Assembly: GCA_035471625.1 (NCBI GenBank)
Contig: DATIPT010000037.1
Span: forward strand, 9,559-73,558
Origin: Anaerolineales bacterium
Lineage (GTDB): Bacteria > Chloroflexota > Anaerolineae > Anaerolineales > E44-bin32
Length of the DNA stretch: 64,000 nt
Direction: 5' to 3'
The translations under genes were made by a program, and so were the position numbers. Positions 35,549-44,271 of this stretch are shown here, piece by piece (position 1 is the stretch's first letter; the number at the start of each line of letters is the position of its first letter). Under the pieces are notes generated by a model that saw only the letters and a program-made list of their open reading frames with translations, searched no databases and was not told the origin of the DNA.

Positions 35549-38509
35549 ATGCCAGGCAGGATGGACCCTGAAGAGCCGCTGCCGGCGGACGCCCCCCAGA
35601 AGCCCTTCGGCCCTGGAGCCGAGACTCCCGACGCGTCCCCCACGATCCCCGATCCCCTGGGACCGACCGCCCTTCCCCAGCGGGTGACCGCGCGTGACGT
35701 TGGCGCAACCAAGGTCACGCCGGCGGCGTTCGTCCCTCCGCCGCGGCGGCCACGTCGCCGGAGCATGCCCACCGGCGGCGGTGGATGCCTGCTGCGCATG
35801 GCGATCATCGCCGTCTTCCTCTTGGCGGCCGTGGTGATCCTGGGACTCAGCGTTGCCGTCTTCCAGTACTTCTCTCTCGCCGCGACGCTCCCCTCCGTCG
35901 AGGATCTGCAGTCCCACGCCGCACAGTTTGAGACAACCCGCATCCTCGATCGTGACGGAAACCTGTTGTACGAGATCCTCGATCCCCAGGCCGGTCGGCG
36001 CACGTATACACCGATCGATGAGATGTCGCCGTACATCCTGGCGGCCGTCATCTCAACCGAGGACTCCCAGTTCTACAGTCACCCGGGCTTCGACCCTCTG
36101 GCGATCGCCCGGGCCGTGTGGGAGAACCTTGTATCGAGCGGTGAGGGCCCGGGTGCTTCGACCATCACGCAGCAGATTGCCCGCAACCTGCTGTTCACGC
36201 GGGAGGAAGCGTCAGAGCGCTCGGCACTGCGCAAGATCCGCGAAATCCTCCTGGCGGCCGAGATCACGCGGCGGTACAGCAAGGACGAGATCCTCGAGCT
36301 TTACCTGAATCAGGTCTACTTCGGCAACCTGGCGTACGGGATCGAGGCCGCCGCCGAGACGTACTTCGACACCACCGCCGATCGGTTGACCCTGAGCCAG
36401 GCCTCGTTCCTGGCGGGCCTGATCCAGGCGCCGTCGGTCTACGATATCTACTCCAACCGCGAGGCGACCCTGCTCCGGCACCGCCAGATCCTCGGATTGA
36501 TGGCGATCACCTCGGACCAGCAGGGCTGCATCGCCGTGTCGAATGCGCCTGAGCCGGTCTGCGTGACGCCGGAAGCGGCCGGCGCCGCCGCAGCCGGAAT
36601 CGAGAATTTCACCTTCCCCGAGCCCGACATCGCCATCCGCGATCCCCACTGGGTGCAGTTTATCCGGGAGGAACTCGAACGGCGCTTCGATCCCCAGACG
36701 ATCTACCGCTCCGGCTTCACGGTGCATACGTCCCTCGATCCGGAGATCCAGGACCTGGCCGAGGAAGCGGTGCGCACGCATGTCTCCGCCCTGGCCGAGC
36801 ACAACGCCAGCAACGGCGCGTTGGTGGCCATCCGGCCCGCGACCGGCGAGATCCTGGCGATGGTCGGGTCGGCCGATTTCTACAACGAGGCGATCGATGG
36901 ACAGGTCAACATGGCGGTCGCCCCGCGCCAGCCGGGATCGTCGATCAAGCCTCTGACCTATGCCGCCGCGTTTGAAAAGGGATGGACCCCGGCGACGTTG
37001 ATCTGGGATGTCCCGTCGGAATTCCCGCCATCCGGGAATCCGAATGACCCGCGCGAGCCGTACAAGCCGGTCAACTACGACCGCAAGTTCCACGGGCCGG
37101 TGACGGCGAGGACCGCTCTGGGATCCTCCTACAACATCCCGGCCGTCAAGACGCTCGACTTCGTCGGGATCTATGACAACCCCGAGACCCCTCTGGAAGA
37201 CGGCCTGGTGTCGTTCGCCCGCCGTCTCGGAATCACGACGCTCGACCGGGACGACTACGGCTTGGCCTTGACTCTCGGCGGCGGCGATGTCTCTTTGCTC
37301 GAACTCACCGGCGCGTACGCCGTGTTCGCCAACAACGGGGGCCGCGTGCCTCCTGTGGGGATCACCCGCATCGAGGACTCGCGCGGCGAGGTCATCTTCG
37401 AATACGAGCCGCCGGCCGACGACCCGGTCGTCAGCCCCGAACACGCGTACCTGATCACCTCGATCCTGGCCGACAACGGCGCCCGCACGCCGGCGTTTGG
37501 CCCCAACTCGATCCTGCGCCTCCCCTTCGACGCGGCCGTCAAGACCGGCACGACCAACGATTTCCGTGACAACTGGACGCTGGGATATACCCCCGACCTG
37601 GCGGTCGGCGTGTGGATCGGCAACGCCGACTACACCCCGATGGATGACATCTCGGGCGTCGCCGGCGCTGGTCCGATCTGGAATCAGGTCATGCAGGGAG
37701 CCATCCCGATCGTCGCTCCCGGCGGCCCAAGCGGCTTCTCTCGCCCACCGGGGATCATCGAACGCGTCGTATGCGCCGTGTCAGGCGCCGAGCCCTCCGA
37801 ATGGTGCCCGGCCCAGCGCATCGAGTTCTTCGCAGAGGATCAGCCGCCTCTCTCGAAGGAGAAAGACCTCTGGCAAAAGCCGTGGGTCGACTCTTTTAGC
37901 CTGCTCCTGGCCTCGAGCGCCTGCGCCGACTACGCCACGCAGAAGTTCGGCTTGGATGTCTCCGATCCCTGGGCCCGCAAGTGGCTCGAGGAGGATGAAC
38001 AGGGGAAGCGCTGGGCGGAAGAGCACGGCTTCGAAGACGAAAAGGTCTTCTTCGTCCCGCAGGACGTCTGCACGGAAGACACCCCCCGCCCGGTCGTCGG
38101 CTTTACGGGTCCGCCGGAGGGGACCGTGCTCTCGACCAGCCCAATCGCCCTCTTCGGCCAGGCCGACTCGCCGATCGACTTTCAGGATTGGATCATCGAG
38201 GCCGGGATCGGCGACGATCCTGGCTCCTGGCCCGATATCGGCCGCGGCGAAGAGCCCGTCCGGCAGCCCGGCCACCTGATGGACTGGGATCCGCAGGGCT
38301 ACCCAAATGGGCCGATCACGCTGCGCCTTACGGTCCGCAACAAGGCCGGCGGCAAGGCCTCCGACGTGCTCCATCTCCGCCTGAACCTTCCCGCCCCCAC
38401 GGCAACGCCAACTTCCACGCCGACGCCGACGTTCACGCCCACCCATACGCCCACACCAACAGCGACTTCGACCTCCACCCCGACGCCCACGCACTCCCCG
38501 ACACCGTGA
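35549..38509 (+). CDS. Class A penicillin-binding protein (GT51 transglycosylase + transpeptidase) with a long C-terminal extension
   Basis: GT51 motifs EDSQFYSHPGFD and RKIRE. Transpeptidase motifs SSIKP, SSYN and KTGTTND. ATG 35549 is preferred (GGGAG upstream), and the track start is GTG 35465. Confidence 0.88.
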   Translation: MPGRMDPEEPLPADAPQKPFGPGAETPDASPTIPDPLGPTALPQRVTARDVGATKVTPAAFVPPPRRPRRRSMPTGGGGCLLRMAIIAVFLLAAVVILGLSVAVFQYFSLAATLPSVEDLQSHAAQFETTRILDRDGNLLYEILDPQAGRRTYTPIDEMSPYILAAVISTEDSQFYSHPGFDPLAIARAVWENLVSSGEGPGASTITQQIARNLLFTREEASERSALRKIREILLAAEITRRYSKDEILELYLNQVYFGNLAYGIEAAAETYFDTTADRLTLSQASFLAGLIQAPSVYDIYSNREATLLRHRQILGLMAITSDQQGCIAVSNAPEPVCVTPEAAGAAAAGIENFTFPEPDIAIRDPHWVQFIREELERRFDPQTIYRSGFTVHTSLDPEIQDLAEEAVRTHVSALAEHNASNGALVAIRPATGEILAMVGSADFYNEAIDGQVNMAVAPRQPGSSIKPLTYAAAFEKGWTPATLIWDVPSEFPPSGNPNDPREPYKPVNYDRKFHGPVTARTALGSSYNIPAVKTLDFVGIYDNPETPLEDGLVSFARRLGITTLDRDDYGLALTLGGGDVSLLELTGAYAVFANNGGRVPPVGITRIEDSRGEVIFEYEPPADDPVVSPEHAYLITSILADNGARTPAFGPNSILRLPFDAAVKTGTTNDFRDNWTLGYTPDLAVGVWIGNADYTPMDDISGVAGAGPIWNQVMQGAIPIVAPGGPSGFSRPPGIIERVVCAVSGAEPSEWCPAQRIEFFAEDQPPLSKEKDLWQKPWVDSFSLLLASSACADYATQKFGLDVSDPWARKWLEEDEQGKRWAEEHGFEDEKVFFVPQDVCTEDTPRPVVGFTGPPEGTVLSTSPIALFGQADSPIDFQDWIIEAGIGDDPGSWPDIGRGEEPVRQPGHLMDWDPQGYPNGPITLRLTVRNKAGGKASDVLHLRLNLPAPTATPTSTPTPTFTPTHTPTPTATSTSTPTPTHSPTP
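38390..38506 (+). repeat. Pro/Thr-rich low-complexity coding repeat at the PBP C-terminus
   Basis: PAPTATPTSTPTPTFTPTHTPTPTATSTSTPTPTHSPTP, encoded by reiterated ACN-CCN codons. Confidence 0.8.
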
Positions 38510-38727
38510 CGCCCAGACCCGAGGCGCGTCGATCCCCTTAGAGGCGGCCCCCTTCGTCCCCCCATGTCCTTGCATGGCATGTCCAACACGTACGGGGTGC
38601 TCGGTGCGTGTTGGAGACTTCGGCGATGCCTCGGCGACCTTCCCTGTCTCCAGAATCGAATCTCACCCTACAATGTTGAGAGGGTTTCCCGGCCCGAGGG
38701 CGGCCGGGCTCCAGGAGGAGGTCTTCC

Positions 38728-39216
38728 ATGCGAAGATCGAGGTTGTTCGCGCTTCTATTCACGGCCGCCATCGTCGCGGGCGCCTGTACCTCCGCCCCTC
38801 CGGCTCCCGCGGACGAAGACGCCGCCCGCCAGTTGATGATGGAGTTCTTCTCGTTGCTACACAACGGGGAGTACGAGCGGGCCGCGGCGCTCTACGGCGG
38901 CTCCTATGACGAACTGTCCTCCAAGAACCCAGACACCGATCCGGCGGACGGCGCCGGTCTGTTCCGGAACGGCTGCACGCTGAACGGGTATCGCTGCCTG
39001 AAGGTCCTCGAGGCCGAGCCGACAGACTCGACCGGGGTCGACGATTTCACCTTCACCGTCCGCTTCCAGAGCGATGACGGGACGCCTTTCGTCCTAGGGC
39101 CCTGCTGCGGGGCGACCGCGACCGAGCAGCCCCCGGTGGAGGTCTTCCGCGTCGTCGTCCACCGGGCGGAGGATGGATCCTTTCTCGTGATGACCCTGCC
39201 GGTATACGTCCCCTGA
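38728..39216 (+). CDS. Putative lipoprotein of unknown function
   Basis: Signal peptide with lipobox LFTAAIVAGAC. The SD AGGAGGAGG lies upstream, and a TACAAT -10-like box lies at 38669-38674. Confidence 0.55.
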   Translation: MRRSRLFALLFTAAIVAGACTSAPPAPADEDAARQLMMEFFSLLHNGEYERAAALYGGSYDELSSKNPDTDPADGAGLFRNGCTLNGYRCLKVLEAEPTDSTGVDDFTFTVRFQSDDGTPFVLGPCCGATATEQPPVEVFRVVVHRAEDGSFLVMTLPVYVP

Positions 39217-39295
39217 GGGCGGGCGGAGGCGCTGAGTAACGCCTGACGACAGGAGCCCCGACCCGGGCGCACGTTCTCTATCGGTGCATCCCGCC

Positions 39296-39624
39296 ATGAG
39301 ACCATCGACCGAGGGCCATCGCGCATTGGTCTTCGACCGGTTCGGAGGCGCAGCGCTGGCCGTTGCCTTGGGGCTGTTCCTCGCGGCGGCGATCCGACTT
39401 TCGCCGACGTCGTCTGGGACGCGCCCAACCGAGTGACGCTCACCGACGAAGACGGCGGTCGTTGGAAGTACAACTTCCTCCCGCGCAACCTTTGGCCCAT
39501 CGACGAGCAAAAGAGGAACGACGGTCGCATCCCCGTTCTCAGCATTCTGCCAGGAACCTTCGAACGCCATCGATATCCGCCTGGCCGACGAGGGGTCCCA
39601 ATCCGCAGTCCTACCTGCAGCTAG
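39296..39624 (+). pseudogene. Possible frameshifted remnant of a small membrane-anchored protein gene
   Basis: ATG 39296 opens a frame encoding a TM helix (GGAALAVALGLFLAAAIRL) that stops at 39434. The -1 frame then carries a protein-like stretch ADVVWDAPNRVTLTDEDGGRWKYNFLPRNLWPIDEQKRNDGRIPVLSILPGTFE with no upstream ATG. Confidence 0.3.
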
Positions 39625-41825
39625 AGTAGAGGAAGCTGGGGGTCCTCGCGTTCGGGCGGGTCGATCCCCAGGCGGTCTGAGAAGTTGTGGGGCCCGACCG
39701 AGGCATCTGCCGCCAGCCTGCGGATATGCCGGAACTTGACAATCTGCCCTCCGCCAGCCAGCCAATTGCGCAGGCGTGGATCGCGTCGCGCTCGTTCGGC
39801 GATGAGCGAAGCGCGACCGCCGGGGAGGACGACAACGTGGGGCTGAGCCAGCGGGCCGCCGAGGACCACCGCCAGGCTGGCCCTGTCCTGCACGCGGAAG
39901 TGGAAACCTGGACGCGGCGAGTCCTCCCAGGCGATCTCCTCTCCGGCGCGCACTTCGAAGCCCAGACGCACCCCAAGTTGCTGCAGGAGCTCGCGGATCT
40001 CCATCATGTCGGCCTCACGTCGCGCGGCCCGGTCTTCCTCCCGCAGGTCCCAACGTCCATCTTCATCTTCAACCCCGTAGGATTCCAGACAGGCGGTCAG
40101 CAACCGACGGTCGGGCGTCTGCAAGCCGCGCAGCGCGTTGCAGACGCCTACGTCCATGGCCTGGAACGTGATCCCCGGCTCGGAACGAAGCAATCCCAGG
40201 ACGAGCGATTCGACGCGGTCCGAAAGCGGTGAGGCCGCGTCGCCCGCTTCGGCAAGCCAGTACTGCCCGCTCTCCAACTCCAGTCGCGGTTCGAGTCGCT
40301 CGAGACGACCCCCGGAGACCAGCATCCGCTCCATTTCGTCGGTGAGCCGGGTCAGCGGCGGCGCATCGTCCGCAGCCCACAACTCCGCCAGGGTTTGGCG
40401 ACGAGCCAGTTCCAGGGAGGCGGAAGCGTGCAGGTAGCCGTAGCCCGCAGGCTCCCCCAGATCGCGTAGGGCGCGCTCGGCGGCTTCGGCCACCACCTTC
40501 GCCATCGGAGTCTCGTCCTTGGCTCGATGCCGGGAAGATTCCCACGTCAGAAACGCCTGTCCGTCGGCGAGGCGTACGGCATGCCCACGCAACCGGTATC
40601 CAGCGGCGTCCATCCCTGCCAGAGCTGCGGCCAGGAAGCCGTGCTCGGCCTCCGGGACGAACGCGGCCACGGTCGCGCCCTCCCCCTGCCGCCGGACGAG
40701 CGCGCCGAAAGCACCTCGGAGGGCCGCCGCATGCCAGGTCCAGTCGTAGCGTCGACGGCGCAAGACGATCCTGATGGGGTCTGCAGCGTCGCGACCCCAC
40801 AACCACGATGTCCACAGCGCGGAGAGCGTCCAGAAAGCCTGGTTCGGTCTTGGCAGAGCCGTCAGGATCCGGGGCGTCTGATCGGGCAAAGTGTCGTCCA
40901 GCTCCCGGATCGGCCCCGGGAAGATCGCCAGTACGCCGGGCCGGAGCGGCTCCGGACTCGGCCAGGGACGTGCTTCGACCCCCGGCGGTTCGAAGCGCCA
41001 TTCTTCAACCGCCCGCTCCAGCGCCCTCCAGACGTTCGTCTCCCGAAACCGCGGCGAGGCCACGAGTTGTTTCGGCCTGGCCCTCGTCTCCGGATGCCCC
41101 CAGAGCCCGTTGACCGCATCGAAGGTCGAGAGCAGCAGCGCCTGGGCCGCCTGCCGCTGGCGGCCCGAGAACTCGATCTGATCCATCTTCTGCAGTACCG
41201 TGATCAGCGCGTACAGGGCGCGCGACGGATAGACCTCCAGAGCCGCTTCGACATGTTCTCGATCGGGATCATCGCCAGGCGTGGCGCGCTCGGCGGCCAG
41301 GGCGCGCGCCAGGCCGCGCCCCGCGGTTTCAGCGGCCCTTTCCTTGTCGGCCGCCGTCGTTGGGTCCTCCCCGCTGTGCTGGCATGAACCGCACCCATAC
41401 GCTTTCAAGACCGGAACGTCCGTCTCTCGGTCCCAGACGAAGTAGTCGACGACGACCTCCGAACCGCAGGCCTCGCAGGTCGAGCGGTACAAGTCGAGCA
41501 AGAATGGTTCGAGGCGCCCGTCATCTTTGGCAGCCGAAGCCAGCTGGGCCAGGGCTGCGCGCAGATCGGACGCGTCGAGGGGATCAAGCCGCAACTCCAG
41601 GATGAAACGGGTCACCGGATTGCTGACGGCTACGATCGCGCCCCGTGCCCGGCCGGCCTCGATGGCCAACATCGGCGAAACCCCGAATGGATCGAGGAGC
41701 CACCCGTCTGGGTACGGGTAGCCCTGCAGGAACTGGTCGACGGAACCGCGCTCGACCGGCGGGAGGAAGCGGGCCAGCGGCCCTGGACGTGACGCCGGAA
41801 CGCCCGGCGGGTATGCGAGATCCAT
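39621..41825 (-). CDS. Large hypothetical protein, degenerate Zn-ribbon DNA-methylase-like (COG1743-type) N-terminus
   Basis: LLDPFGVSPMLAIEAGRARGAIVAVSNPV resembles the motif-I region of Zn-ribbon methylases, but the glycine-rich SAM loop is lost. It has a CxxC...CxxC ribbon (CEAC..CGSC). The ATG lies 7 nt downstream of a TATACT box. Confidence 0.35.
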   Translation of the reverse strand: MDLAYPPGVPASRPGPLARFLPPVERGSVDQFLQGYPYPDGWLLDPFGVSPMLAIEAGRARGAIVAVSNPVTRFILELRLDPLDASDLRAALAQLASAAKDDGRLEPFLLDLYRSTCEACGSEVVVDYFVWDRETDVPVLKAYGCGSCQHSGEDPTTAADKERAAETAGRGLARALAAERATPGDDPDREHVEAALEVYPSRALYALITVLQKMDQIEFSGRQRQAAQALLLSTFDAVNGLWGHPETRARPKQLVASPRFRETNVWRALERAVEEWRFEPPGVEARPWPSPEPLRPGVLAIFPGPIRELDDTLPDQTPRILTALPRPNQAFWTLSALWTSWLWGRDAADPIRIVLRRRRYDWTWHAAALRGAFGALVRRQGEGATVAAFVPEAEHGFLAAALAGMDAAGYRLRGHAVRLADGQAFLTWESSRHRAKDETPMAKVVAEAAERALRDLGEPAGYGYLHASASLELARRQTLAELWAADDAPPLTRLTDEMERMLVSGGRLERLEPRLELESGQYWLAEAGDAASPLSDRVESLVLGLLRSEPGITFQAMDVGVCNALRGLQTPDRRLLTACLESYGVEDEDGRWDLREEDRAARREADMMEIRELLQQLGVRLGFEVRAGEEIAWEDSPRPGFHFRVQDRASLAVVLGGPLAQPHVVVLPGGRASLIAERARRDPRLRNWLAGGGQIVKFRHIRRLAADASVGPHNFSDRLGIDPPEREDPQLPLL

Positions 41826-41832
41826 CGAATCG

Positions 41833-41838
41833 AGTATA
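41833..41838 (-). promoter_or_regulatory. -10 box TATACT for a leaderless transcript of the 734-aa gene
   Basis: The minus strand reads CCGTATACTCGATTCGATG, with 7 nt between the box and the ATG. Confidence 0.5.
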
Positions 41839-41863
41839 CGGCAGGGTGGCGTCCCTGTTCACC

Positions 41864-41892
41864 TTGCCTGCAGGCCCACGAACCCTTACACT
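41864..41892 (+). promoter_or_regulatory. Sigma70-type promoter (TTGCCT - 17 nt - TACACT), leaderless
   Basis: The -10 ends 7 nt before ATG 41900. Confidence 0.5.
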
Positions 41893-41899
41893 GAATCGC

Positions 41900-43129
41900 A
41901 TGCCCCGGCATCCACTCACCCTCTCGCTCGTGATCCTTGGCCTGGCCGCCCTTGCCGCCTGCTCCGGCGCGCCACCCCTTCCGCCTCCCGTTCTGCCAGA
42001 CCCGTCGTCCGAGCCCCTTCAGCCCCCGGCAGGTTGTCCTTCCGACGGTACCGCGACGTTGGCGCCTGACCTTGACCCGGTCGACGCGGTGACCGCCTAC
42101 CTCAATGCCAGGGGCAATCCGCTCGACCTGGCCCAGGAGTTGTACGACCTCGGTTGGGTCGCGCCTCTATCGGCCTTCATCCAAACCGATCTCGACGGCG
42201 ACGGCCTCGCCGAGATCGCAGTCGGATTGAGCGCGCCGCCGGACTCCGAGTCCGATCTGGGCCTCGCGGCCATCTATGTGTGGCGCTGCCACGACGGCAC
42301 CTACGTGGCGGCGGAAGCCGTCTCCCAAGGACCGCTTCCCTACGGAGCCCCGGTCCTGCAAGAGGCGACCGACCTTACCGGCGATGGCCTTCCGGAGCTC
42401 ATTGCCTACCACCCGCTCTGCGGTGCTCATACGTGCTTCGCCGACTACCTCGTCCTGCAATGGGACGGACAGACAACCGTCAATCGTTTGGTGGGGCCAA
42501 GCGATGATCTTCCCTCACCGGAATGGTCAGCGGAGCGCGCCCTTCCCGGCCGCCCCTCGGAGATCTCCATTGCTGGACGCGGGGTGAGCTCGGTAGGGGC
42601 CGGGCCCTACCGGATCGTGACGCGCACTTGGGAGTGGGATGCCGGCGAGGAGGCCTTCATTCCGAGAGCCGATGTCGTCGAGCCGCCCCGCTACCGGATT
42701 CATGCCGTCCACGACGCCGATGCGGCGTTCGACCGAGGGGACCTTCCCGGGTCCTTGGCGCTGTACGAGCGAGTCCTCAACGACCATTCACTCCTCGAAT
42801 GGCCGTCGATGGGTGGCGGCCGAGAAGCCCTCGAGGCCTACGCCGCCTACCGCAGTGTGTTTGTCTATCTCTTCTCGGATTTTCCGGCGGCCGCCGAGGC
42901 CGAATTCGAGGCGAGGTTTGAGGGCACCGGTCTCGAGAACTCCCCTTATGGCGAGCTGGCTCGCTTGTTGCTGACACGCTTCGCCGAAGTCGATCTCGAG
43001 GCGGCGTGCGCGCAGGTTCGCCAGAGGGTCTCGGCAGATCCTGGATCCTTCCTCGGGGCTCTGGAATACGGGTACGAGAACAAGGCCTACACTGCGGACG
43101 ACTTCTGCCGCCCCCCTTTGGGCCGATGA
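41900..43129 (+). CDS. Lipoprotein with FG-GAP/VCBS-like DxDGDG repeats and a helical C-terminal region
   Basis: Lipobox LAALAAC. Repeats include TDLDGDGLAEIAV and TDLTGDGLPELIAY. The upstream part of the track ORF (from 41645) lacks coding character. Confidence 0.55.
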   Translation: MPRHPLTLSLVILGLAALAACSGAPPLPPPVLPDPSSEPLQPPAGCPSDGTATLAPDLDPVDAVTAYLNARGNPLDLAQELYDLGWVAPLSAFIQTDLDGDGLAEIAVGLSAPPDSESDLGLAAIYVWRCHDGTYVAAEAVSQGPLPYGAPVLQEATDLTGDGLPELIAYHPLCGAHTCFADYLVLQWDGQTTVNRLVGPSDDLPSPEWSAERALPGRPSEISIAGRGVSSVGAGPYRIVTRTWEWDAGEEAFIPRADVVEPPRYRIHAVHDADAAFDRGDLPGSLALYERVLNDHSLLEWPSMGGGREALEAYAAYRSVFVYLFSDFPAAAEAEFEARFEGTGLENSPYGELARLLLTRFAEVDLEAACAQVRQRVSADPGSFLGALEYGYENKAYTADDFCRPPLGR

Positions 43130-44271
43130 GCAGGCCAGCAGCGATGCCGATCCCGATCGCACGCTTCCGAGACGACCTGGCCCCGACGATGGCTGATCTG
43201 GAGACGATGGTCAGGATGGAGTCCCCGACCACAACCAAGGCGTTGATCGACGACCTGGGCGCCTGGCTCGGCGCCCAGGTCGAAAGTCTGGGGTTCTCGG
43301 TCGAACGAATCCCCGAGGCGAAGGCCGGCGATCATTGGCTGTGCCGCTCCAGCGCCGAAAGAGGCGGGATCCTCCTGCTCCACCACCTCGACACGGTCTA
43401 TCCGGCCGGCACCCTGGCCACGACGTCGTGGCGTCTCGAGGCCGGACGGGCCTTCGGCCCCGGCGTGCTCGATATGAAGGGCGGCATCGCCGTGACCCTG
43501 GCGGCGCTCCGTGGCCTTCGGGCACACGGCCTCGAGCCGTCGAGGCCAGTACTGTGCCTCTTCACCTCCGACGAGGAAACCGGTAGCCGATCGTCACGCT
43601 CGTTGATCGAGGCGCTGGCCAGGTCGGTCGATCTGATCCTTTGCCTCGAGCCGGCCTTGCCGGACGGCGGCCTCAAGACCCAGCGCAAGGGGACGGGGAT
43701 CTTCCAGGTGGAGACGTTCGGTCGTGCCGCCCACGCGGGTAACAACCCCGAGGCCGGTGTGCACGCGATCGAGGAGATGGCCCACCAGATCCCGGCCATC
43801 CACGCGCTGGCCTCCCCCTCAGCTGGAACGACGGTCAGTGTCGGCGTGATTCGCGGCGGGACGCGCACCAACGTGATCCCCGCAAGTTGCCTGGCGAAGC
43901 TCGATGTGCGCGTCGCCGACCCGAACGAGCGACCGAGGATCGACGCCGGCCTGGCGGCGTTGCGCCCGATGGTCGAAGGCGCCCGGATCGAAGTTCGCGG
44001 CGGGTGGAATCGCCCTCCGATGCCTCGCACGCCGGCGATCGCTGGCGCCTTCGAGCAAGCGCGGCAGATCGCCGACACGATCGGGATCCAGCTCACCGAG
44101 GGAGGAGCCGGAGGCGGATCCGACGCCAACTTCGTCGCAGCGCTGGGGCTTCCGGTCCTGGACGGCCTCGGCCCGATCGGCGACGGCGCCCACTCGACGG
44201 ACGAGTATGTCGAGATCGAGTCTTTGGCGCCGCGCGCCGCACTCCTGGCGGCCTTGCTTACGGACTGGTAG
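43126..44271 (+). CDS. M20-family metallopeptidase (carboxypeptidase G2/glutamate carboxypeptidase-like)
   Basis: LLLHHLDTV, GPGVLDMKGG, SDEETGS and GGSDANF motifs. An ATGA overlap joins it to the upstream gene. Confidence 0.85.
   Translation: MSRPAAMPIPIARFRDDLAPTMADLETMVRMESPTTTKALIDDLGAWLGAQVESLGFSVERIPEAKAGDHWLCRSSAERGGILLLHHLDTVYPAGTLATTSWRLEAGRAFGPGVLDMKGGIAVTLAALRGLRAHGLEPSRPVLCLFTSDEETGSRSSRSLIEALARSVDLILCLEPALPDGGLKTQRKGTGIFQVETFGRAAHAGNNPEAGVHAIEEMAHQIPAIHALASPSAGTTVSVGVIRGGTRTNVIPASCLAKLDVRVADPNERPRIDAGLAALRPMVEGARIEVRGGWNRPPMPRTPAIAGAFEQARQIADTIGIQLTEGGAGGGSDANFVAALGLPVLDGLGPIGDGAHSTDEYVEIESLAPRAALLAALLTDW

Noticed and set aside
38390-38506. Short periodic DNA repeat considered as a CRISPR-like or tandem-repeat locus
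   Set aside because: It is in frame at the 3' end of the PBP gene and encodes a Pro/Thr linker. It has no spacer/repeat architecture.
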